Of a DNA stretch of 64,000 nucleotides, positions 27,991-43,224 are shown one piece after another (the first letter of the stretch is position 1; every line of letters starts with the position of its first letter). The notes beneath the pieces are model-generated. The model saw only the letters and a program-made list of their open reading frames with translations. It did no database searches and was not told where the DNA came from. The translations under genes were made by a program, and so were the position numbers. This DNA comes from Catajapyx aquilonaris (taxonomy: Eukaryota), in assembly GCA_000934665.2 (NCBI GenBank), contig KZ538490.1:62001-126000 (forward strand), written 5' to 3'.

Positions 27991-30344
27991 AATAGCTTTT
28001 GTGAGGAGAGCAGTTGTAGCAGCTAGCACTTAGAGTCATCATCTGGCAACCTACTGCTTTCTTCGAGACAGGCGCGTTCTGAGAATATGGCAAGCAAGGA
28101 AAGAAAGGACGAAAGATGCCAATAGTAAAACTGTCCCCAACCAATCAGAAGCCGCTCTTAAATTTTTTCTCGTTTCTGCCCGGACCTTTGCTCCCGTGCT
28201 GATCTATTGGCTCCCCACATGTCCACCGTCACACGTTGCCAATTTTAATTTTCCCGGCACAGGGTTGTCACGGCAGCAACATGTGTGCCCCGCACTATTT
28301 TGCCGATCCTTCTTCCGTCGCTGCGGCTTAGCTGACGTCCTCGTCGCCAGTCGGTTAAGCAGTCTATGTTTCTCCGTGTCATTGGTTCGAATTAACTCCG
28401 GAAGGAAAGTATGCGCGAAATACCATGACGACGCGGTTTAATTATAGTGTGCTCCCCCCCACCCCTACCAGGCCCCCCCGGGTCCATCTTTATGGTCACG
28501 GGGTTGACGGTAGACTAATTCAGGGCCGGCGAACTAACTCTGTACTCGTCAAGGGTGATACATTTCGAGTGGAAAAGGCGGGTATCTAGTGGTGAGGTGC
28601 TGGAAAGGGGGTGGAAGAAGTAGAGAGAAAAGAGAGAGAGAAAAAAGGTACGGGAAAATGAAGTGAGAATCCGGACGTAAAAAAGTCTTCTGTGCTGGCG
28701 CGTTCTTCCCTTCCTTCTCCTCCACTCCCTCCCTTCAACCAGGGCTAAAGGCGTGAGGCGCAAGTTGGGCGCTTTCCCACGATGCTTTCAACACTAGACT
28801 GTCATTCCTTGAGCTGGGTATTCGAAGGGCCGTTAGTCCCAAGTTCCAGCCAGCCTCGGTTCCAATGGAGTGATTTTTTTTCTTCTTCATTCCTCTTCTC
28901 TCTCTGCTGCCTTCTGCTTCTTCGTCTTCGGGGTGATTCGCATCCTGTACTTTTTCGGTGGGTTCGTATACCGCATTTTTCCTCCCCCTGGGATGTTTTT
29001 GTTGACAGTGTACTGCCCTGAATAGGATTTGCAGAATTTTTAGACGTGGTAGTCATGCGGTCATATTGTACGGTTCAGCAAATTGCTCGGTTAGTCACGT
29101 TTCCTTCAGAAAAAAATGGCTATGTGCAAGACCTGTAGAGCAATGTTCACATGTAGGCCTACTTCCCCTAGAAACTGTTGAGTACGGTTGGGTTGCACCA
29201 TTGTAGGTAAATATGACAATCAACCATCAGCGACCTCAATCGCACAACAGGTGTGTGTTTAAGAAACTTGATATATTACTGCACAAATAGGTATGAATGA
29301 GCCTTTCGGATTACGAAGTTCCTGGTTTGAGGCCACCATTCGGCCACATGTGCCTCACCGGTTTGCAGAGATGTAAGGATATGTAGAGAGAATGAGGTTT
29401 ATTGCATCAGGCTGAATAAGTCATTCTGAACCTTGTTTACGTAAAATGCTGCAGAACTTTTTACATACTGGCTTAGTACAAAGCAGTTATATGCGTACAC
29501 AATGGAATGAGGGCACTCTATACAGTAAAGGCCAGCTTTCACCGAGTGCAACGAAATAAATCCTGCACGAAGTACTGAATTTAAAATTGTGTACTGGCAA
29601 GTAGTTCATTTTGTGAATATGCGATCAAGATAGAGTAGTTAAATTTTGATTATTCCATCAGTTGTGGTGCCAAATATTAGCAATAATGTTATATAATTTA
29701 AATAATAATACGTTGTTGATATGAGCCCTCGGGAGAGATACATCAGCTAATAGTTATGTTACGTATGCAGTATTATTTCACTCAGGTCGCATGGAACCGC
29801 TGCGTTATAGCCAAATACTTTTGATGTAATTCATGGCACCGTTTGCGGATCCATTAATTTTTTGCACTAAATACTCTGATTCTATTTGTAATCCAATGTT
29901 GCTGATATAGCTGGACGATAACATTTGACCGTGTGAACCCGCCGTGCAAGCGTTCTTTTTCCCCCTCCGTTTCCCTTCTTTCTCCAAATCTGGAATCAGG
30001 TGTAAGTGAGTCCACTTGAACGAATGGGGTCTTTGAGAGTTGGTTTGCAGGCTAGGAAGAGAAGGTGGGGGGGAGGGAGAAGGTAGGTGTATCCGAAAGC
30101 CCGGAGTGTAGTTAGCCGGCGCCTGGCGAATTTTACTTTTTAAGTGGGAGGCCTCAGCTGGAGAAGCGCGGTCGGCTAATACAGGGGGCATTAATTAACT
30201 GTCCAACCTGATAAGATTGATCGTGCTGCTTAGGGTTTCCATTAACAACCCTCTGGCAGCAAGGGCCTGCCCTGGCCTATATTGTATGCAGTGTTGTTGA
30301 GTCAAGTTTCCAATCTGGGTTGGGCCCCTGGTTTTTGAAAAACT

Positions 30345-30367
30345 GAGAGAGAGAGAGAGAGAGAGAG
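30345..30367. repeat. (GA)n microsatellite
   Basis: Direct reading. Confidence 0.9.
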
Positions 30368-33300
30368 TAGGCGGGTAGGACCCCAGTGTGGGTGGGAGGG
30401 TTACACATGTAATTGAGCCGGTTGCTGTAATGGGATATCAACATGGTCAAGGCGGGTAGTTGCGGTGTTGGGATGGACGGAAATAATTTTGTAATAGATT
30501 GGGAGTGGGGTGCGGATAATCGTTGTGAAGTCATCAGTCATTTGGCTGGAGGGGAAAAACTCTGAAGACTTTTTCGGAGAGGTCATTTAGGCGGGTGGCT
30601 GGTCCCTAGTGGATCGTATAAAAGACTGCCTGTCATTTTTTTGGGGAGCTAGGTGGTCAGCTGGTCAGCTGGAAATGAATGTGCAGAGGGAGGGTGGGTC
30701 TGATATATGAGGCATTTTTGTGTGGACGCCTACTTCCAATTTCCTCCCCGAAAATTTCCAAGTCTCCACCCTCCGAAACTGATTTTGCATGTGGGCCCAC
30801 CCACCCCTCGCTGCAAATGTGGATTTGCACATCTCTTGGAAAACCTGCCGCATATCAAAATCAGAGAGTTCTTCATAACATTGAAACGCAGGTCCAGTCA
30901 TGAATACTCTTCAGGGACGCCTCGTTCCGTTCCAAATTAATGCGCACATCATCTTTCACTCTTTCATTTATTCACCGGCTGCCTGCACATGCATGAAAGC
31001 GTAATGAACACAAGATGGACGTTACAAGGCTGCGGTGCAGTAGAGGAGCTAAAATATATATATATGCCCACACACGCACCCACGTTCCTTTTTGGGTTTT
31101 CCTAAAGTAATAACACCGCGTTAACATGTGGGACGACGAGCGGTAGCCGGCAGTGCAAACATTTCTGATGGAGAGACGTATCGGAATAAATTGGAAAAGG
31201 GAAGAACATAGATGCCCCCGTTTTGAACGCGGGCTTTTGAAAGAAAACAGGCCACGAAAAATATTGAGGAAAGGATATGCGTTGATATGGCCCCCGCTCT
31301 CTTTCCAAGCCCCTTTTGTCTCGGTAAACACGGTTTATTTTAATTATTCTCGCGACTTATCAATTCTGGATCACTCGCTATCCCCGGGAAGCGGCGCGAA
31401 GCCCTCCAAATCAAGAAAAATTTTCTGCTCGGTCGAACATGATGTATTGAGTCGCTAAGGCGGGGCGCTTCCTCTACTGCTTTTCAGGCTTGGAATTAAT
31501 GAATAAAGGTTCCGGAGCACTTTTTTAAAAAACCGAAACGGGGCGCGACCTTACTGGAAGAAAAAAAGAAAAAAAAAAACCCGGGGAGCTAAAATCATTT
31601 GAGATTGAAATTCGACATAAATGGTGTGACCGCCCTGGGAGAGAAACGTTGACTTAGCGCGACGTTTGATGGACGCCGGTTCCGGGACGCCGCACATAGT
31701 ATGTGTGTGTAAGACAATTATTTGCCAGCCCCCTCCCGAATTTGTTTCCCCACCATCTTGATCGACGAACTGTCCCATCACCCGTTTACAAACAGGTGGG
31801 GGGTCCCGCCCGCCTAAATTCACCTCTCTGGCTGACGAGGTCAATTCATCTTCATCAAGTGCGTGAGTGTAGATCCATTTAATTGTGTAGCCATTTGCGC
31901 GGCCATGTGTGCAACTTATGTACGACCACCATTTTTCCTCTTCTTTTTTTATTTCTTTCGGGGGGTTTTCCCTCCCTCCTCTTTCTCCCTGCCGGTTTGA
32001 TAGATTGGGAAGGTGTTAGGGCAGTACAGAGCAATCAATTGCATCGACACGCATGGATAAACGGGGGATCATGGGGAAATCTCTGGGTATATGAGGATGG
32101 GAAGGGGGACTGGAGAGTTTCAGACTCAAAAACGGAAGCCGGCGGGGAGGAAAAGGTCCTGCTCTCTCTTTCGTCGTGTCCATCGATTATTAAAATTATT
32201 TTTCGGGCTGGAGGGTTTACTGCTCGGGGTTGAAACGAGCTATTTAGCAGCACTTAGGACGCCAGCAAGTCGTTTCATAAATTCACTGAGGGCAATAAAT
32301 ATCATGCATTTTTCTCACCGTTATGTGTAATTCAATGCACTGTAGTCGTATGAGAAAAATGAATTGTCTATCAAAAAGTGACCTTATCTATGTATACAGA
32401 GCAAAGAAGCCCGCAGTACACTACATTTTTGTTTGTCCCGATGTCACCTGCAGATGCCATTACTGATAGCCTGCATCAACCATATTTAGCGGTCGGGGTT
32501 TCACAGACAATCATCTGACGTACGATAGGCACCTTGATTTACGTTTAGCTTGTCCAGATCGGGGGGATGCCAGCTATATCATTGTAATTGCAGGCAGTAA
32601 ATCATGCGGAACGGATTGGATTCATAAAAATACGGTGGGGTTCGAGTGGGCGGGGTGTTTTGCCAGGTTTTTTTTTTTCCTCTCGGAAAAATTTGAGAAT
32701 TTCGTGACAACGCGTGTGCGCTCATTCCCGGTCTCTTTGTACGCGTCTGCTGCACAGGACGACGTTTCAAAAGCGGGGCCATCCTTCTTACGTCCCAGGC
32801 CATTCACATCCCTTGACCCAAATCCTAGAAAAAAATAGAGAGAGAGAGAGACCCTCTTACAATCCACCTCTCTGTCACAAGCTTTAGGGACATCCAAAGA
32901 GATAAGACGGTGCAAATAAAAATTTCAGGCCCGTCAAGGAGAAACAGGGGGCTGTGCTTATTAATAATTGAACGGGGCGCTTGCGTGACGTGGCTCCAAT
33001 GCAGGATTAATCGCTTCGGCGTTAAGTGCGTACGTAGAAAATGGTTTACGACGAGGGCTGGTTAATTAATCGCGCGTTGCCAGATGCCTGCAAGTACTGT
33101 ACAAGCCCGAGCAAAGCGGTTGCGGGTTTTTTTCCCCCCCTCCCTGTGTACCCGGGCTAATGCACCCTGGAAACAAAACAAGAGGCGCCTTTTGTGCCCG
33201 CAAACAAAACAACCCAGTTTCGGTGTGAGGAGTCGTCCGAAACTCCGCCATAGATCTGCATAGGAGGTAGTACCTGCGGAGCGTAACGAATTTCATCCTT

Positions 33301-36300
33301 TTCAGGGAGAGGCTGTAACCGAGTTGGGCTGGGAGGGAAAAATATATACCCAGGGTTTGTCATCAGAAAGCCTTGCCTTTTCTTTTCGCAGGGGGGGGGG
33401 GGGGGNTCCCGGTGTGCGTTTCTATTAAAATCTTTGCTTTTGTTTGAAACATGGCCGGGTAGTTTACATGCACTCTGTGGAAAAGGGAAGGTGGAGGCAG
33501 CAATAGGGAGAGAGGGAAGAGAGGGGGGCTATAGTATCTTTCATCCTAAGTTTGTACGTGCCTCTGGTAAAGTAGGTCTATTATATTAGCTGAATTATAA
33601 ACTTGTGCCAAGTTTCGGGGGAGTGAGAAGGAGTGAAGGAGGAAGAGATTTTCAAGAAGCCCCCCCTCTCTCTCCGTTTCCAATTGCGAGGAAAGAGAAG
33701 ATGGGGGAGAAGGGTTTTGTGCAACCTAGCCTGCATTCCCGTGCCTTTTGTAAAAACAAGTGAACAGGGGCCCGGTCCTCCCCAAAATGCGACCCAAGTG
33801 AGAATTAGACTGGCGAAAGTTGTGTTGGTGGAAAGGCCTCCTCTTTTCCTTTGGAGGAACTTTGCAGGGAGGGGGGTATATCTGATAAAAGAGATATCGG
33901 GGGCTGATGAGGGCTAGTTATTTGGGATTCTGCAATTATGGGTGCAATTCACACTCGGTACGCTACTGGTACGGACTTTGAAAATTTTGAGCTTGTGTGC
34001 ACAGATGATTCAGCCCTATAGTTCAGTCACACGTTAAATCGCACCCTTTAGTACCTGAACCTGGCTCCAAAGCCGGCCCCCTTTTTTCGCTTCCCCTGTA
34101 GGCATGAGCGAGAGCAAGGCCCCTTTCTCCTTTCCTCTTTTCCTCGCCATTCCACATTTTATATTCTTGCGGGAATAAGCCGCGGGTAAATCTTTTCAAG
34201 GCTCCCCATCTCCTTTGGTCTACCCCCCCACCCTCCCCAATTCCTCCCATCCACCCACCCACCCTATCCACATCTCGCTTTTCCCTCGCCTTTCAACCTG
34301 ACGGCCCCTTCCCTCCTTGCCTTGGCTAAAAGGTGGTAATTTGCCTGATGATCTGCCAAAGTGTGATGGATGGGCGATTGAGCCCCGTTACATTTGTCAA
34401 GGAAGACGGACTGAGTGTAGGGAGGCTGGGAAGTGGGAGGGGCCAGGCTTGAGCAGCTTCAGGCTTACCAAAACTCCCAAGGCATCAGAGATTGCGAAAT
34501 CGGGGGCGGGAGGGGTGTATTTGCAGAATCAGGTCGCAAAAAGATTAGTGTTAATGCGTGATCCTGTAAGGGTGTTTTTGAAAAGGCGAAAACTTGCCTC
34601 ATTATCTAAATGGAGGTGCCAAAAAGTGCACATTAGTTAATTGCCAAGTTGGTGATTATATAACACATGCTTTCCTCTTCCTCGTTTTTCTTATAATATT
34701 TTTGGACGGCCCACTCCACCAATCCTCCACAGCATGCCATTGCCATAACCAGACCAATTTGCACCAGGCTCCCTGCCGGTTCGCAATTGTTTCGTGGCTG
34801 CCTCTTCTGAATTGGGTGCTCAAGAAAAAGTATGGGACTAGCCCTCCATCTTTTTTTTCTCCTTCGAAGATGGTTCGGGCTTAATTCAAACTTACGTATT
34901 CATCGCCGTGTGTGGTTATCGGGGGGAAAAGTAAAAGCTAAAAAAGCAGGAGATTCCTCACTTTTTTTTCTGGTTTTTCTAATTATGGCTCGGGATTCGT
35001 TTCCACACCTTGGAAACTAGAGTACAATGCAGTTAACTCGGGAGCTCCGCAGTCCTCGTTTTTCGGGGGTGGCGATGGTAGGGGGGCCCTCTCTCCCCAA
35101 GACAAATAGAGCTCATACATCACAGGGTCTGGAGATGGGTGGGAAAACGCCGGCTGACCTCAGGTGTTGGCCACCGAGGCCTCCCGCTGACCGAACTTTT
35201 TTTTTTCTCTCTCTCGAGCCTACTTTGGCATCCACCTTTTAAAAAAAAGGGCGTGCATTTTCTCCTAGAGCTTCAATCCTAGAGTTGCTATATTGGTGAA
35301 GTGTGTATCGTTTTTAAAAATTTTTTTTTGGTAGAGTGCAGTAGTATTTTTGGATTGCAACTCCCCTTTGAAGTATGCAGCAATATTTCGTTTTTGGCTG
35401 TGCGAATTTTGAAACCATTTAATACGCCATTTTGGCACAGAGCGAAGGGCATGAGATATGCGCCCAATTTCACCGGCGCCGCCGTAACGAAATGCTGCTG
35501 CATCTTTACTGTTGTGTTTGAGTTTGGCTCTTTTGCAGTGGAATGGACATCACTTTCTCTCCGAAGGCCGAGTGGCAGGAAAGAGTTGTGGTAAGCAATT
35601 TCAGGATCCATTGTATACGTCTCCGGAACGAAGGCGATTAATTAGATCCAAGGGGGGGAAAAAAAAGAAAGGATCCTGCTACACAAGCTGCGGTAATAGG
35701 ATCTGGACATAAATGACCTTCTCATTTCTTCATCTTCCCCCACAATTTTTTTTTCCCATCGTCAAAATGGCGATTTTCAATCTTGCTTCGTCCAATAAAT
35801 TAGCAGGAGGTTTGCGGACCTATTTTGCGCTTAAAACGAAACACGCGTTAGGGAATGAATCTTTTATGGCCTCGATACCTGGATTGTTTTCCTCCTTTGT
35901 GCAACACCATTTCAAGCCTCCGCTTTAGAAAAGGAGCTTCTCGCAGAAGAGCTTAACCTCGCCTTCCCCCCCCCCNCCCCCCCCCCCCTGCAGTTATCTT
36001 GCATTATTTCACATATGCCCCACCGCAACTGAATTACTCTGTCGCAACTCGTACACCGTAAATAATTAAATAAATAATGGGGCCCCTCCCGCACGTTTAA
36101 AGCCGCGTACGCACAGCCAACGCCAGCGACGGTTGGCGAGGAAAGTGCATATTTTGTTGCGAAACGGAAGAAATTTACACGATTGCCCCTCGTCAGGATT
36201 TAATGCATAAATTAGCATCTTCATTTGTGCGATGGGAAGGCGGGAAAGGAGAAAGTGGTTCGAGTGGGGGTTGCGGTTTGAGTGGAGGGTGATTAAAGCA

Positions 36301-38532
36301 AAACAAGGATCACCCTGCTTCTAGCATTTACCTGGAAGAGGGAGTTTGAAAGAGTGTCCTAGGAAAAAAAAATACTTGGATTGGAAGAACATAGCGTGAA
36401 GACAATTTCAAGAATATATTTGCAGCGTCTGGTTCAGGAACTGAGACGGAGGAGTCCTATTAGCAAGGCTTTTGGCTGGGAAAGGTTTCGGGACCTCAAA
36501 CTAATTGAGCAGTTGGTCCGATTGGAAAGGTCTCGATCGAGAGAAATATATAGAGCAGGTAGGAATAAGGATTTGGGATCCTAACCGAAAAGGACGGTCA
36601 ACTTGGTACAATTTTTTGTGCGAGAGGACCAAAAAAAAAAAAAAATCGAGCGATTTACCAATTGTGTCTAATAAAAACGAGCAGGTTCGAATCAAGCATT
36701 AGCGGGTTCCGTGTATCAGTTAGCTTGTGAATGACGGATCCTAAGTGGGGTTAACCATGCCCTGTTGTAATCCGGAGCGTCACACAGGGAGGGCCAAAAA
36801 AAACAAACTGGCTCTAAAAGGCGCAAGTTTTGTGATTAGTTGGAAAAAAAAGGAGACGGCGCTGTGTGCAATATTGAGGGAACTAGGAACAAAAATGGCC
36901 CGTGTCGGTCCAAGCGACGTTTTCTTGACGTGGTTGTGTACACGACCTTTTTTTCCTAATGCAAACATGACAAGTCCCATTGGTAAGGCGGACAGATAGA
37001 TGTCCGAAGCAGCCTAATGGAAAGCGAGGATGTTAATGGCCACTTATTTTTTTGTGTGTGTGCGATTCCTCTGTACCTGAAGGTTTAGGAGTGTGTTGGT
37101 CGGACACCCAGAAAAGTGCAATCACTTTCACACCCTCACACTAAAGGATTCTTAACGTGGACATTCTGCTGGGTGTCAGTAGCAGGGGCTTATCGGGAGT
37201 CTTTGTGCCCGACCCAGGGCTTGCTATATGTACGGTCACGTGGCATTAGAAATTGATTAGGTTGACTCTAGTAAGTAGGACCACTTGTTAGAAATGTCTG
37301 GACACATTGCGACTTTTTTTTGTTGAAAATCCGAATTGCGGCTTGGCCAGATTGGCAGACTGACACGTGCAAAAACACTTGTCGTGAGGGCAATTAGGCC
37401 TTGCAGATCGCACTTGAGGTGATGTGGCATGCCTTCTCTCCTGAGGGGGGGAGGAGATGTTTTTAATGGCTGCCAGCGGGTTTCATTTCCATGCTGGGCT
37501 AAAACTGACACACCACTTTGTCCCCTTGGAGAGAAGAGAGCCATGGTCCCAAGAATGCGTAGATGCCCCTCTCCCAGCAGTCTCTCTACTCCATTTCCAG
37601 GGGAAAACAAACGGGCATGACATCCCTTCCCAAGTCGAAATTAGTCGGACGTTTTCGCAGGATAAAGTGGAACTTGTGGACTGCGAACTGCGGCCTTTTC
37701 CCTACTCTCCGTATTTTTCCGGGACTGACATCATTACCTCGTCTTTTCCGGCGGACGGGTGGGAAAGGTTTACGGGGGTACTCCCCTCCTCCCACTCCTC
37801 CTCTCCCTGCTGATTCTCAGGCCTCATAAACTGGATCATTTTCCCAGAGAAAATTGAACGCTGGACACAGCGGGTCCCCCCAAAGTGTCAGTGTTGCGGC
37901 GAAATTCCGGGGATGTTTACCGCTCCTCCCAAGCACTGAGATAGTTTTTTTTTAAAGAAAAAAAAAAGCGGTCTTTAAATTTACCAGCAGTATTTCGGGC
38001 GGCAAAAGTTTTGGCTCGGTGTAAAAGAAAATGTGGTTATGTAGAGTGCCATCCTATATAGCTGGCATTTGTTTCTTCCCGGGGTGTCGTGGGAACTTCC
38101 TGGCGCCCTTGTGGCCCGTCTAAGTCTGCGAGATAAATATTCAAGCCTCCAAATTACTCTAAGCTCGGCTTTGTATGCAGGCCCTTGTTCCGTCTTTGCT
38201 CGCTTGCACCTTCCCTTCGTCTGAGTCGCGATTGGCGAAAAGGAGGTGGTTGAAGAGGGGGGGGGGGGGGGNTCGACCTCTTCCCACCCCCTCCCTGAAA
38301 GAGGATTTATTCTCACTTTGATGCGCTGCGCTGGCCCGAACCGAGCCAGTACTGGGATTCGGTTTTCAAGAGATGGAATTTATGTGGGCGGCGAGTTGGT
38401 ATTAAAATGCAACTTTACAAAGTAGTCTCTTTGTAATCTATTCGTAATTGATAGGTTTTATTTCCATAAGACTCAAGTTTTTTTTTTTGACGGGGTCGGA
38501 AAAAGTTGCGGGAGAACGTGTTTGGGGAAGAC

Positions 38533-38605
38533 GTAGTTCGGTGACGCTGTCGAAAGAGGGCGCTGCTTGGAGTAGTTCGGTGACGCTACCGAAGGAGGGC
38601 GCTGC
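38533..38605. repeat. Tandem duplication, 39-bp period, two copies
   Basis: gtagttcggtgacgctgtcgaaagagggcgctgc at 38533 and gtagttcggtgacgctaccgaaggagggcgctgc at 38572. Confidence 0.9.
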
Positions 38606-41600
38606 GACATAGCGGGCGTAGTAAACAACTGATATTTCACAGCGTGCTTGCAGCTGGAATAATAAATTATTGACAATATTGATTCCGTTTGGTTGTTTTT
38701 TCCGTACTTTGCGTAAACAAAAACACGGCCGTTTCTGGACCGATGCAGCAGGCGAATTTGTACCAGATATTTCATAAGTAGCAAGAGCCCCCCCACTTGA
38801 CCAATAGCATAATATTTTTAAACCCCGGTTTTATTTTTCCGACACTGCACACTCGCTTTTGACCCGGTTTCTCGAAAGTGTACATAAGTCCGTGGTAATT
38901 GTACCCCGTCGGCAGTGCCTTCTTAGTCCCCCTCCTCTTCCCTCAACACCAAAACCCCTCCACCCTTCTCAAGTCGCGACGCAGGGTCCGCTAATTGCGA
39001 CGTTGGCTCCTCCTCTTCGTTTTCCCCGGTCCTCTAAGCCTCTCTTGTCCTTTTCCTGTCTCAGGACTTTACTCTCTATAGGCTCATTTTCTGCACCAAC
39101 TGCATGGTACGTTTTTTTTTTTTTTTTTGCCCACCTCACGGTTTTAGGCTATTTCACTCGTTGTTGCCAACATGCATGAAGTCACAGAGCTGTAGTTAGT
39201 TTTATTGGGATAGTGCAAAAGGTTGAACCTTGTCCACGCTTCAGGGATATTGCATTTTTACATAACTTTTTTTTTTGTTTCGTTTTATATTCAGAACATT
39301 TGGCCTGAGGGATAGTTGTTGAGAGATGGAGGCAGTGACGCGGGATCATAAAGTGCTGTGGCAAGTGGTATCGTCAGTCAAGTATATGAATTTGTATACG
39401 TTTCATGACGTTGCCTTTGATCAGGGCGATGGTAAGCCATTTTCACGATAATTGAGATTTTTTTTTTGTGCGTGCGTGTGTGTGTGTGAGTGAGTGTGTT
39501 GGGGGAGGAGTTCTCTTTATACTCCTGTTTTGATATTGGTTTTCATTCGTGCGCTTTTCCTTTTTCTAGTTTCGGAATCGGTCTTTCCTTTCGCTCAAAC
39601 GGAGGGATCTGTCTGGATCATCTGTTTGTATAAAAATTGAATTTAAAAAAAAAATCTCTCCCTGCTTAATGAGCATTTATAATTTCTTTTTTTTGCGGAT
39701 GGAAATGGGGGAGGGGTTCCATGATGGTTACAAAGTTAAAAAGGCGGCCACTTGTGAATTTGATGACGACACCGAGAAGGCGGGGTTATTGCCGATCAAT
39801 TACATTGACTGACAAGTTTGACGTGGGAAAAGATCGAGAGGTCACGGATATATAAGAATACAGGAGGTATAAAGGGGAGGGGGAAAAAAGGTGAAAGGGG
39901 AATATTTTGACCCTCTTCAAGCGTGATTTTGTGATGGCAAAAATTTTGTGGAGGTTTGGGAAATGCTTTCCGACTCATCGTGATGTGACTCGAAGCGTCT
40001 TAAGGTTTATTTCCGTGCAATAATTCGGCAGCCAGGGATTTTGATAGAGGAAGCTCCTAGTTGCGTACTAATAAAGACGATTTACTCCATTTAGTACTAA
40101 GACTCTTCGTCTCAATTCAACGCCCATTTTAGGCCTAAACTTTGAGGTGACGGGCTTTTCTATGAAGCTGTTATTCACGGCTTGTAAATATACTGGAAGC
40201 CCACTATTATATAAGTATTGTGCAGTAGAGTGCTGCAAATAGTGTTAACTGATATTTCCAACTAGGTTAGCGCAATCATGCACCATTATGACGACACAAT
40301 GCCGGAATTTCTCGTCGGCAGAGTCAGTAATGAATATGGCACAATACATGTAATAGCTATAAAATTATGGCGTGTACAGAGTTCAGATGGGATTATCATT
40401 TTGTAATGGCGGACACAATGTTTGCTCTATTTACGGTAAATGCCCTTGGCTTCAGTAAATATTAATAGATATTAAAATTAATAGAATTATTTAGTGGGTA
40501 ATTAAATATTAAAAGCATTGTGTGATTACTGCAATTTATAATCCAGTAGAACTGGACCGCTGTTACTGTACAGTGTGTAATTTTAAATCTACGACGTAAT
40601 ATTACCGTATACTACCCTGGATGGTGGTTGTTACTGGGAAAACTCTTGCACCTGGTGAATTGTAGAATTTAATTGTACCATGTAATGCTCCACTTTGAGG
40701 ATGTGAAATATAGAAGTAAGTTGTACAGTAAAACAAATACAGTTTGATAATGTTATTGCGTATTGATAGTATATTATGCCCTCTACTCTGCTCTGTAATG
40801 CAAGTGCTTTTGTCAGTAGTTTATGAATAGTGAATTAGCATGTGTAAATTGTAATTGACTGTACAAGCTATGAGGCTGTCGGCGGTAATTTTATTGTGTA
40901 CGAAGCTGTAAGCTTTACATTAGTGTATGTATTAAGCTTGAAAATCCACTAACAATTAAACCGCTTTATTAAGAATCAATTAGTTGCCTGGTCGGCGATG
41001 TAAATAACAGAAGTCACTATAATCGTGTAAGACTACTATATAGTATAATCAACCACAATCAGTGTTAACTATATCGATCATGCAACCGGCTGTTAAAATA
41101 TAAATACTAAAATATTAAAGCAGCTAGCTGATTTTAACTAAACATAGCATTAAAATAATGCCATAGTTAATTAGTTTGAGAGTTCGTAATCGATGTAATT
41201 GCATATAGCTTAAATCCATCTTAACATAAGTTGTCTCAATTCTTATAATGACATGCATATTTTAGTCTCACTAGGAAACTGTTAAAAATTTAATGTAATG
41301 TTAGAACGAGCCTTGCAGTAAGGGACAGCAGTATTGTCATAGCGTATTAAAATTGTTCGATATTCTCCTAGTGATTTAAGTTAATGTCAAAAGCACACAT
41401 CTCTTCCACCCAATAACGTGCTGTATCCTCAATAAAAACGCACGCCCTTAGTTTTAATTAAGCCTAGCTTAGTCTGAAGGACGAGGATTTGGTAGAGGGA
41501 CTTTGTCCATAAATCTTGTCCTGTCGAATGTTCCCCCTCCGCCCAAATCCGTCGGGGGCAAGCATTGTCCCACGGACTCATCATCCCCTCTTTTCCTCTC

Positions 41601-43191
41601 CCTTCCCCTGGAAGAAAGAAAAGAGAAAAGGAAGGAGAAAAAAAAGGGCAGTGTCTCTGGCAGCACCATCTTCGCCTTGGAGAGAAAGAGAGAGTGGGGA
41701 AAAATCGCACCGACTATAAAGAAGGTTCATCCTCCTCTTCTTCCCTCTGATGTCCCCGACATGCCTGTCCCCATTTTTATTTTCCCCCCACAATTAAAGT
41801 ATTTCGGGTTCTCCATAGTCCCAAACCAACGCCCTCCCCACTCGTGTGACAACAGTTGATGTATGCCGCTCGCATTTTTGCATAAAGCACTACATTAGCA
41901 AACGTTTTAGGCCCGGGCACTGGAGTGCAGTAATCCGATTGTAATCAGGGGTGGGGTGGGGGGTGGAGGGGGTGCTTCCGAGTGGGTAATATATGGGACT
42001 ATTTTGATAGATTTCGTATCAGATCTGGGCTGCTAGACACATTAGGGCCTGTCTGCGTCTGGCATTTCGTAATTTATTTGCTTCTGATCAAGCTCCCCAG
42101 CCTCCCTCCATGGTTCCTCTCCCTGCACCCCCACAAACCCACCCCCATCGAATCCAGCCCCTTGCCAGAAAACTCTACATTAAGATGTTTGTACATTCAG
42201 GGGGTTGGCCTGCAGATGGGCTTGGGAGATATAAAGGAGGGAGTTAGAAGAAGTACCAGATGGTTAGGATGTCCATTTTTTTTATAAAGGAGGGAGGGAA
42301 TGGAGGTCGATATAGTGAGATTCACGATTCAAGGAGCGATGTCTTCTTTACGAAGACATTGGCTGTAGAGAGTAACATATGCTTAGATTCTAGCGTAACT
42401 TGGGCACTTATTAGCTGTAAGTCCTACTAAAAACTAAGGAGTGCCAGCGTAAGAATTATGTACAACGAATTTTGTAAGGCTACTTATTTTCAGGCCATGT
42501 CATTTACATTTAATGTAATCTCCTTACCCGCAAAATACGTTTTTTTCGAGCAGTTGAGCAATGCAAATATGCGCTTAGAAATAATACTGGCAGGTAATAG
42601 GCTTAAGTTTATTGGCAGTTGTCGAGTTCAGTTTTAATTACTAGGGTTAGATGTATGTGAATGTGATTGTAGTCATAATAATTGTGTTTTCTTGCTGTGA
42701 AATATTGTTATCGCCCCCCCTAATCGAAAAGAGGACAGTGGCACATTTATTAGGCGCCCCCACCCCCACCCCCATTTATATAAAAAAAATTTATTTATGA
42801 TCTCACAAATGGGAAAAGGCCTTATCTGTGGTCCACCTTCACGCAGGTGAAAAGAGAGGGGAAAAATGATACACTTAGAAATCAAGTTGTAAGCACTGAG
42901 GCTGGGAGGACAGGTCTTTTATTCAGGGTGTCAAAATTGGCCCAGAGGATTCAAGCCCCCCCCCCCCCCCCCATTCCTCCCATCTCCGCCCACACCCCTC
43001 CCCTCCCCCTTTTACATGAATGGAGGGCAGTGATTCGATCGAAGATTCTGAGCTTCTTCCTCTCCCACCTAGAAGCTTCTGTCGTGGAAATTGATTTCTG
43101 CTGGACCTCTGTGCTTAAAGGGCCTGCCAAGGAATGGTGGTGGGTGTGGTGTATGAGGGCATCGGTCAAACAAGGAGAGAAAACCCCACAA

Positions 43192-43224
43192 GACGACGAC
43201 AACGACAACGACAACGACAACGAC
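43192..43224. repeat. (GAC)n/(GACAAC)n microsatellite
   Basis: Direct reading. Confidence 0.9.

Noticed and set aside
27930..28030. tRNA gene suggested by the B-box GGTTCGAAT
   Set aside because: No A-box or cloverleaf; the context fits a decayed SINE.
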